64,000 nt of DNA from Clostridiales bacterium. Its GTDB lineage: Bacteria > Bacillota > Clostridia > Christensenellales > Aristaeellaceae. The notes under the pieces were generated by a model. The model made no database searches. It saw only the letters and a program-made list of their open reading frames with translations, and was not told the DNA's origin. Positions 17,999 to 27,800 of this stretch are shown piece after piece (position 1 is the stretch's first letter; each line of letters opens with the position of its first letter). A program made the position numbers and the translations under genes. The stretch spans positions 1,845-65,844 of the forward strand of contig SVGJ01000005.1 in NCBI GenBank assembly GCA_015056415.1, in the 5' to 3' direction.

Positions 17999-18745
17999 CT
18001 ACATCAATTCAGCCCAGGTAAGCGGGCCTACAACGCCATCGACTTCCAGGCCATGCGTCGCCTGGTAGGTCTTCACACACTCTTCGGTCATCGGGCCGAA
18101 TACGCCGTCCAAATCCAGCGTATAACCGATAGCCACCAGGATCCGCTGCAGCTTCACCACCGCGTCGCCCCTGCTGCCGCGACGAACGGTCTCCGGGATC
18201 TCAAACGCCGCGCTGTTCTTCGGCTCATCCTCCACAGCAACCGGCTGATCTTCATCCCCGCCGTCGAGGATCGCCTGAACTTTCTCGCCATAATCCAGCA
18301 GCTTACACAGCCCCACCTGATTCCACCCGCCATTCCGGATGGTTTTTCCTTCAAAGGTGCTGTCAGCGACCTTCCCACGGCTGGCGGATGCGTGTACCGC
18401 GCCCAGGGTTTCCCCGGTATATACGCCAACGTGCTCCGCGTTGCCCAGGCCATCCCGGTAGCCGCGTGCCACCTCACCGCCGTTATCCGATACGATGTAG
18501 AGCCATGCGCCCACCGGGATGCAGCCGAATTTCTTCTTACACTCCTCAGGCGTACCCTTCCACGCCATATCGCGCCACATATGGTTGCTGCCTCTCCAGT
18601 TCGCCCTGATGCCGATCTGGCGTAGGCAGTATTCCATCATCCCTTGGCAATCCATGCCGCCCAGCGTATCACCGCCGCGCGTGTAGGGGATGTGCTTGTC
18701 AGGCAGCCTCACCGCCTCCTGCGCAAACATTTCGCTGGTGTTCAT
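17999..18745 (-). CDS. Endolysin: NlpC/P60-type peptidase plus C-terminal PG_binding_1 domain
   Basis: GGMDCQGMMEYC catalytic Cys context and a downstream His; C-terminal GDAVVKLQRIL...LDGVFGPMT...VDGVVGPLTW repeat; AAGGAGG RBS before ATG 18745. Confidence 0.8.
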   Translation of the reverse strand: MNTSEMFAQEAVRLPDKHIPYTRGGDTLGGMDCQGMMEYCLRQIGIRANWRGSNHMWRDMAWKGTPEECKKKFGCIPVGAWLYIVSDNGGEVARGYRDGLGNAEHVGVYTGETLGAVHASASRGKVADSTFEGKTIRNGGWNQVGLCKLLDYGEKVQAILDGGDEDQPVAVEDEPKNSAAFEIPETVRRGSRGDAVVKLQRILVAIGYTLDLDGVFGPMTEECVKTYQATHGLEVDGVVGPLTWAELM

Positions 18746-18783
18746 GCCCTGCTCACCTCCTTTGCGCTCATGGTAAAGGAAAA

Positions 18784-18807
18784 GCGCGCGGGTGTAGACC
18801 CACGCGC
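18784..18807 (-). promoter_or_regulatory. Hairpin carrying the conserved GTGGGTCTACA motif (site A), upstream of the lysis genes
   Basis: GCGCGTGGGT-CTAC-ACCCGCGCGC followed by TTTT on the minus strand; motif shared with sites at 33962-33972 and 41793-41803. Confidence 0.6.
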
Positions 18808-18813
18808 CCTGTA

Positions 18814-21800
18814 TTATTTTTTGAACCAACTGTCAATCGTCTGCTGGCTGTATCCCAAGGCCAGCATGGCCTTTTTCACTTTGGCTTCGTCCACATTCTC
18901 CTTTCCTACGCAGTATTTTTTCACATAGCTTTCAATGGCAGCGTTGGTCTCTTGCTGACCATGCGCTTTATACATAGCGGCACGAATCTTCACGGCACTC
19001 TTTCCGTCGCCATCCTTGATCAGTTTGTGCAGCTGATCGCTGGCATAGGAACCCGAAAGACCGCTCGTCCATTCATGGAGGTCATCATCTGTAATGCCAA
19101 CACCCGCTCCCCGCATCATGGCAGCAGCTTCCCTGGCCGTTTGTGTATCACCATTCCAGATAGCTTCACAATAGGCTTTGCGGTAGCTGGTCGTTACCTT
19201 GGTGCGCAGATCCTTGTCGGTCGTGCCGTTTTCGCGCATCTGGTCAACGGCAGCTTTCAGCTCCTCCGGCGTGGCAGCAGCGTTGTACTCCTGATTCATC
19301 ATGAATTTCACCGGATCATCGTCAACATCGGTGCGCTGCAATTCTCCAGCCACATCCGCGCCTGTTCCCGGCTCCGTTTCTTCCTGCGGCAAAAGCTCCT
19401 TGGCCTCGCTGATCACCATACTACTGATGGCCCTCATGCCAATGCCTTTCTCCTGGAGCGTTGTCACCGCTTCGTTGTAGGCGTCCATATTACCCTCCAC
19501 CAGCGCAGCTGCCGCTTTGGGAATCAGTTCTTCAGCCGCCCTGAGTCTGGTCTTGAAGCCGGTGGTCAAGCCTTTGCTGGTCGCACCCGTCGCAATGGCC
19601 GCATTTGCAGCCGCCTCGTAGTTTTCATACATTCCGCCATCTTCAAAATATGCAGTCAGCATCAGATCGTAGTAGATATCCGTATTCTGCTTACGCTTGT
19701 CACCCGGTTGTTTTGCATATACATAGTTCTTCTGCGCGGCCTGCAGCCTGGTTTCAAAAGGCAACTCCTTATCCCATGCCGATCCGGCCAGGGATTCACG
19801 CTCCACGTATTCATACACAGCCATACCTGCGGATTTCACATCGCGCCACAGGTTGCCAAAGCCGATGCCCAAGGCGCTGCTGGAGCCTTGCAGCATCTTA
19901 TACATGGCTTTCTCCCAGTTCTCCAGCGTAGATTCTTTCTCCCCGCTGATGATCTGGGTCATGTACTTTCCACCTGTGATCAGGTTTCCGATCCAGCCGG
20001 TGGTCAGGTCGCTGCCGCCACCGAAACTGCTCAGCGCATCGCTGATGGCGTTGGTGTAGATCGTACCAATACCCAGGATGTTGTCCGCAAACGCGCCCGG
20101 CATAGCATCAAGCCACTTATCCCAGCCGGTGCGGACGCCGACAATGTTCCCCTCTTCGTCTTTCTTCTCGTTGTCGCGGTCTCGCAGCGCCGTTATCACA
20201 GATTTCAGCGCAGCTGTCACGGCGGAGGACACCACAATGGATCCAACCGTCCGTCCCGTGGTTTTCAACGCCCTGGTCATGGCAGCACGGCCCTTTCCCT
20301 TTGCCTCGCCGATGTCCCACAGCGCACGGTACACCATATTGTAGGTAGACAGAGGCTCCGACATGAAAGCCATGAAGTTCTTCATCATGCCCTTCTCCGC
20401 CGCCCACTCCGCTCGCTGGAAGATGCTGTCCACCACCTGCGTGTTGTCGATCACATCGGTAGCACGCTCGGCGCACAGCTGGAAAAACTCTTCGCTGCCT
20501 ACCTTCACATCCGGATGCGTGTCGGCAGTTTCAGCCTTCACCGCTTCCCAGATCCGCGCCCAGGTCATCTTGTCGCCAACCTCTGCCAGCTTGCCGCCCG
20601 CATCGTTGATCTTGTTCCTGGTGGTATTCTGCGCACGCTGATACATACCCTGGCTCATGTTGGTGTCAAAGTAACCCCAGCCCTTCTCCACGGCAATGGG
20701 AGCGTACTTTTCCATCTCCGCATAGGAGGCGTTAAAGGATCTGTGTCCGTCGCTTTTCCCGTGGAACGCTGCCTTCATGCTGCCCAGCATGAAGTATTTC
20801 GGATCGATCATGGCCATGGCGCGGGATGCGCTGCCCATCTGCTGGATAGCCACCGATAGGTTGAAGGTCACCGCAGCGCCCTTCGCTCTGCTCATGAAGC
20901 CACCCAGCCAGCTCTCGCCCATCTCATTGCGGCTGTTGCCATTCAGCCTCCGCAGGAAGTTCATGATGTAATCCGTGGTCTGTTTGCCGTATGCGCGGTT
21001 CATCACAGCTTTCACGCCTTCGCCCTCGCCCTTGTAGTTCATCAGGCGGGTCATATCCTCAATGGGAAGCACAAAGGCGTTGTAGTCGCTCATCTTCTCC
21101 ACGTGCTGGCACCAGATTTCTGTAAAGGGCTTGATCTCCAGCGGATTGGACGCCTTGTCGGTCAGCGCCTTGGTGAAACTGCCAGTTTTGATTCGGCTGT
21201 CCTGGGCGGTGGCAGGCTCCACCTTCACATAGTTCTTGTTGACGCTGAACGGGATGTAGTACTCCTCATGGAATTTCTCCACGCCGTACAGTTCCAGCGT
21301 CACCTCGTTACCCCAATCCGCACACGTGCCGGAAAGGTATTCCACCATGTGGTCTACATACTCCCTCTGCTGCTGGGTCAGGCTGTTGGTGATGGTCTGG
21401 ATATCCTTCGCCGTCAGGATCACAGGTCGCATGCTGCTGCCCTTTGCCGCATTGGCCAGGGTGAATCCGCCGGCGGTCAGGTGCTGCGTGCCCACCATCT
21501 GCTCACGCCGTGCCGTGGCATACAGCGTCATCATCTCCTGATCGGTCAACTTCATCCTGGCTCCGCTTTCAAAGGTAATCTCCTGCGCCTTGTCGCGCTT
21601 GCTTTTCGTTCCCTCCTTGCGGATGCTCTCATGCTGGTCATACTTATCCAGCGCCTCTTCCAGGTAGTTTGCAGCTTCCTCCACATGGCGGATGTGCTGC
21701 CCCTCCGCGTTGCGCAGGGCTTTCCATACCGGCTCCATGGCCGTACCCTTGAATTGGTGGAATGCCGTCACAGGTTTGATCAGGCCCTGCTGCAAGCCTT

Positions 21801-24800
21801 TGCTGAACCACTCCCGCACCGGCCCCTGCACGGTATGCTCGCGGCGCATGTGCATGGTTGTCAGCAGATCGTCGCCCGTCTCCTGCAAGCTCTCCCGGCG
21901 ATTCTGCATGAACATCCTGTCCTCATTCACAATCGCCGCTGCGTATCCGGAGATGATATTCCGCAGGGCCTGCATCTCCTTCATATTCAGCTCGCCGGCT
22001 TTCTTCCCGTCCGCATCCCTGGCCAGCAGTTCAAAGTCGTATACCAGGTCGCCGTTATAGAACGCCGCCAGCGGCCCTGTCCCGCCGTTCTCGTCGGGCA
22101 GGTTCAGCTTGGTGTATTCCTCCTGCGCACGGTTCAGCATGGCAGCCGTCAGCGGACGATTCGTGCCGCCCTCCAGCTTGCCCTCAAAGTCAACCGCCCG
22201 CAGCAGTTCCAGCACCGCATTGTGCATACTCTGGGGGATGAATGCTCCGCTCTTGGGCGTTTCCAGCTTCTTCAGCAGCTGGCCCTTCTTGCGGATGATC
22301 TCGCCCTTCACCTGCTTGTAATCCTGGTTCTGCTTGCGCCTGTACGCCTCCGAAACACGCTTCTCGCGCATCTCTTCTACCCTTCTGGCCGCATTCCGCA
22401 TTCCATGCTTCTGCTCCATGATGGTCGCTCTCGCATCGGCCAGCTGATCCAGCAGCCTGTCCACCGTGGGGTCTTTCGCTCCGGAATAGTCCTCCGCTTT
22501 CAGATACTCCTGATAGATCTCCGTCGCCAGTCCGCTGGCCACCTGGCCAATATCCGCGCTGAACGGATTATCATACTTGATCTCCGTTCTGTGCAGCATA
22601 TCGATCACCTGCTGCACCATGTCGCCCTCGCTGGCGTCTTCGGTGAAATACTGCGGGTATTCAGCCACCAGCTCATCCCACACCATGTCCAGCGTGGTTA
22701 CACCGCGCCCATTCTGGGCTGGCACATTCCACTTGCCGAATACCGCCCGCCGGAAGTCACGAGCCGTGCCATAGATGTTCTCCGCTTCCTGCCATTGCGT
22801 ATCCGTCAGGCCAATGCGGTGCTTTCGGAATCTCTCACGCAGATCCTTGCTGCTGTCATACGCCTCACGGTCTGCCACCTGCGATTTCACGATCATGTCC
22901 ATCGCAATATTGCCCATCATCTCCATGGCGGCTTCGCTCTGCCTGGTATCGGTAGCCTGCTGCATGGCCGCGAACGCTCTGCTCATGTTCTCCGTCAGCG
23001 TGCTGAGCGGCACGGTCGAGGAGTACTTCTTCTTCAGCCCGCTGGCTACCCTGCGCACAGTCTTTTCGTCCATGGCCCGCCCGCTGTATTCCTTCAGCTT
23101 CGTATTCAGGCCCCGCACCAGGTCGCGCAGCTCCCGGTTTTCCTCCAGCAGCACCTCCATTTCCGGGTTGAAGGTGTCCACATCTTTCAGGGAATAGCGG
23201 ATGTCAGACTCGGAAGTATCAAACCGTTTCGAAAGCGGAATCAGTTCACCATTGTCATCATAAGTCGCAGGATCGGCATATTTCACCTGGCTCGATTTCA
23301 GCGCGAGAATGACATTGCTCTTCTCCCCAGTATTCTGATTATCCCAGGTTGTCCAGAACCCATCAATGCCCGTGGTCGGTGTCAACATCTTCTCATAGAA
23401 GTTTTCAGCCGTCGCATAGTCTCGAATCCCCATAGCCACCATAACTTCTTGAATGATGTCCATGTCGTTATCATTCATCTGGAGCAGCTGGCTTGCTGCA
23501 CTTCGGTAGTGCGCTGACATACTGGGGCTTCTATACGTTTCCACATAGTTGCTGATCCAGGTATCTGGTAGCGCATCCTTCATCGTGTCGTATCCGTCAT
23601 CCTCCATCATGCGCTTGGCTTCAGCCTTGCAAGTAGCCTCTATCAGCTTGGTGAGCTGCGGAAGCGTAAGCGTCTTTTTCCAGCTCGTCGCGGGCTTGGT
23701 GATATTGGCATAGGCGCCAATCTGGCGCTGTCCATACGCACTCGTTACAGACTGGGAATCAGACAGGTAAATCCCGTATCCTTCTGCCGTACCATTCACG
23801 CCGCCCTGCTTGCTGGTGTCAAACACATTGAAGTCTGCTTTAGTTCCGTGGTACACTTTCAGCAGTTTACCATTCTTCCCTCTGATCTTGCTCTCACGGA
23901 ATTGCTTTTCAGCCGCTTCATCTACCATGCGCTGGGCGGCATTCATGTCATTGGCCGCCACCGCTTTCTGGTAATCATCATCCGAAAGGGAGAATTTGTT
24001 CTTGCCTTTCTTTGTCTCGTCTGCTATACTGTTCTTAGCAGAGTTGTTACGTGTATTTGCGCCTCTCTCCTGAGAGGAATTGCGTCCACGGGTGTCTTCT
24101 CTGCTTTTTTCATTATCTTCAAATGTGAAGGCAGACCCGTCAGGCATAACAATTCTATGGGTTTTGTACAGATTGCGTCCGAGCAATTTCACAACCACAC
24201 CCACATTTCCTTTAACTCCATTGATGACAACAGGTGCAGCGAAAGTCACCGTATCATAAGGCCGTTCTTTATGCCCCTTATGTCGCTGGATTTCTACACC
24301 TCTTTTTAGCACACGTGGAACAGCAAGCACTGCTGCAATATCTCCCGGTGTTTTCAGATACTCGATGCTCATATCAATCTGGTTCCTACCAATTTCGATT
24401 TTGCCAAATCCTTGCCGATCCACCCTGCCTCCATAAGGCTTCAGCATATCAATAGCCCAGCGGATTCTATTCGTTTTGTTTTCTTTTTCCATATTGGGTG
24501 CAGAAATGTTCGCCACAGGCTCCATCCGGTTAAGAATGTCCAGTTTTGCACGAATTTGATCCTTGATGTGTTCAACTTCTGAATCTTCCCCAGACAGAGA
24601 ATACTTCACCCCGCCATCGCTCTGCGCGGCGCTCCCACTCTCCCGCACCGCATTCACCTCGATCATCACCCGGTTGAAGTGCTCTGCGATCTGCTGGAGG
24701 GTTTCTTCGGTCTGCTCAAGCATAGCGCGTGCTTCGGCATTCTTGCCGCCCATGTTGCGCAGCATGGTGCGAATGTTGTTCAAAAAGCGCTTGATGAAGC

Positions 24801-27800
24801 CCAGCACCTTCTCGCCCAGGGTGGTGTGGTTCTCCATCAGGTCGCGCACATTCTCTTCGGTGGCCAGCACCTCCACCATGCTGTCCGCCACAATCTCCTC
24901 GATGGCCGCATCCCGGTCAAGCTCCTGGCCTGCCAGCCGCTTGTATTGGTCTTGCTTTTCCGCAATGCGGGTTTCCAGGTCATAGCCCTCCGTCGCTTGC
25001 AGCTTTTCCAGCACAAAGTTCTGCAGGGCTTCAGCGTCCCCACGCACATAATTGTTGCTCTGGCTGTGTTCCTTGATGTAATGCCAGCTCTCATGGCCCG
25101 CAGCGCGCAAAAGGTTTCCACCCTCCGCGTCCAGAGCGATCACCATCTGATTCGTGCCGTACTTATATACGCCGTTGAGCTTACCATTCTGCACCGATGC
25201 AGCCACACCCAGCTGTTCCATCCCTTCCGTCTGATCCTGGAAGCTGTCCACAATGATATACTGCGTGCCGTACTTCCTGCCCACCTGATCCAGCACCGCC
25301 ATCTGCGTCGCCTGGCTGCTGGTCAGCTTGGAGCGCGTCACCAGGTTCACCGCGCCGGTATGGCTCTCCGTCACTTCCGTGGGCAGCGCGGTCACCGTCT
25401 TGGCAACCGCACTCGACACATCTTCGTCCATCTGCAGCTGCGTCGTTTCCTTCGCGGCAGATTTCTGCCCTGCCTCATACGCCAGCTGCTGGATCTGATC
25501 CGGCAGCGCCTTGGCCCACACATTCTCCGTGCCGATCAGTTCACGGTTGTTCCGGCCGGCAGCATATTCCGCCGCAAAGCCCTTCGCATAGTTGCTGATG
25601 GGCGCATTGCTCTTCTCATATCCGGCCAGAAACCGCCTCGCCACATCCGCATCGGCATAGGATGTGGCATATCCATATGCCTGCCGCTGCTCCTCGGTGG
25701 CAAACTCCACCTCATTCAGCGGCACAGCGGTTTCCACGCCATCCTTGATCACGTTCACCTTGGCTTCGGCTCCGCTGGTGTCCACTCCGGCCACCACCAC
25801 CTGCTCGCCGCCCATCACGGCGGGCGCCTTAAACACAGCGTGGTTCTGCTGCTCCACCTGCTTCTCCTGTTCAGCCTCGATCTGCGCATAGGCCTCCTCC
25901 ACCACAGCTTCGTCCATCTCGCGCACACCATGCTGCATTTCCAGGGCAGTCTGCACCAGCTCCTTGTCCAGGCCAGGCAGCTCCCTGGTGATCTCCTCCG
26001 CCTGCGCACGGGCCGTCTGCGCACCAAGAGCATAGCCGCCGGTCGCCATCACACTCTCTGAGGCGCCGCCCACCAGGAACGTTTCGCCCAGAGATTGAAC
26101 AAAGCTCCAGTCGGCTTCCCGAATGGCATCATTCATGCCCATGCCCTTATCCATGTTCGCTTTGATCGTCTGCACACGGTTGCTGTTTTCGCCCATCAGA
26201 TAGCGGTCAACAGCCTCTTCCACCAGGCCGCTGCTGGTTTCCTCCATACCGCCGGAGAAGAAACTCTTCGCTGCCGTTTTCAGCATATCGCCATATGTTC
26301 CCGCCGATTTGCCGGAAATGAAAGCATCGAACACATTGTCAAACTGGATCTTCTCCGTGATGAACTCCGTCGCCATGGTGATGCCGCCGCCAATGCCGGC
26401 TTCCCGCGCCGTTGCGCCGCTTTCCAACATTTCCATTGACTTGGCTCCCATGCCCGAGAGGCCCATGATGCCAGCTGCAAGTGTGCTTTTGCCACCGGAA
26501 GCAGCCGAGGACATCAGGTTATCGCCAATGCCGGTCGCAGTCTTATAGGCAAACTTGCCCAGATTACTGTCGATGTTCTCCTCAACCGTCCCGCGAACGG
26601 TGTTGATCGATCTTGTGGCGTCAAATTCATCCCTGTACGGATTAGCATCTGCGCCAATAAGCGCACTCGTCCCGGCATACAGGCCTCCAAGGCTCTGCAT
26701 CGGCGATTGCAAAACCGAAATAATCGAACTGCCAACAGGTGCTTCTTCCGCCAATTCCCTCAGGTTCTCATCATCCTGCATCGTTTTGCGGTACTGCGAC
26801 CTCAAATCCAACACCTTATACTTATATGCCTTTGCGCTCTCCGGCCCTTCCATCTTATACTTGTAGTTGTAGATTGCCCGCTCCAGGTCGGTCAGGGTCT
26901 TGTAGCGTGCTTGCCTCTGCATGGCATTCGCAGCATATTCGGGCATTTTCGACGTTTGCAGTCTTTCGCCGTTGACTTCCAGATAGTCTTCATCAGTGAT
27001 CGACATATCCCGCTGGGACATCACAGCAAAATCCGCATTAGCCATCACGCTCAAATCCGTCAGCGCCTGAAGGTCAGCCTCCAGCCATCCAATGCGCTCC
27101 TCAACCTCTTCAATAGTGCGCTTCTTTGCGCCGGAGGTTTTCAGCACGTTCAGGTCAGCCTTCAGCTCTTTCAGCTGGCTCTCCGTCTGATCCCAACTGT
27201 ATTGCCAATACAGCGACCACTCGCCCATCCTCCCCTGGTCAATCATCTCGGCAGCCGAATTCTCCACCGCCATCACCAATTCGCTGGCTTTGCCCTTGTA
27301 GCGCTCCGCCCTCTCATTCTGCATAGAGCCGTATCCACCTTCAACGGCCCAGGCGTTCTCATCCATAATGGCCTTGTTCTTTTCCAGCGCCGCATTGATC
27401 TCCTCTCTGCTCGGCGTTTGGCCGTATGTCAAAAGCCATTGCTGCCGCTTCGTAAGTTCCTGACCGGCAGCCCGGGCCGCATACGCTGCTTCAACTTCGT
27501 CCAGGGATTCAGACATTCCCAGATAGTTCTCATACTCTGTTTCCGCCTGAGAATAAGCACCTCGCGCTTCATCCCACTTGGCGCGTCGCGCTTCCTCGCT
27601 GTTCTCGTCATACCAGCCCGCCACCGCTTGCGTCTGCTCCGGCGTTGCAGGCCCTGAGGTGTCCGGCAGGACAGGTTTGCCCGATTCGGCTTTCTTCTTC
27701 TCCGCAGCGTCCTTTGCAAGCCCGATCTTCGTTTGCGCAGACACAAAGGATCGCCGTCTGTCCAAGACCTCCTGACTCTTCGCAATATATCCGTTCAGCT

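Noticed and set aside
18952-26061. Series of long plus-strand ORFs (18952-20859, 21103-23517, 24679-26061 and others) opposite the giant gene
   Set aside because: All are antisense to one continuous 3176-codon frame with recognisable motifs. Their translations are R/H/L/P-rich without domains. They are broken into pieces, whereas the minus frame is uninterrupted.
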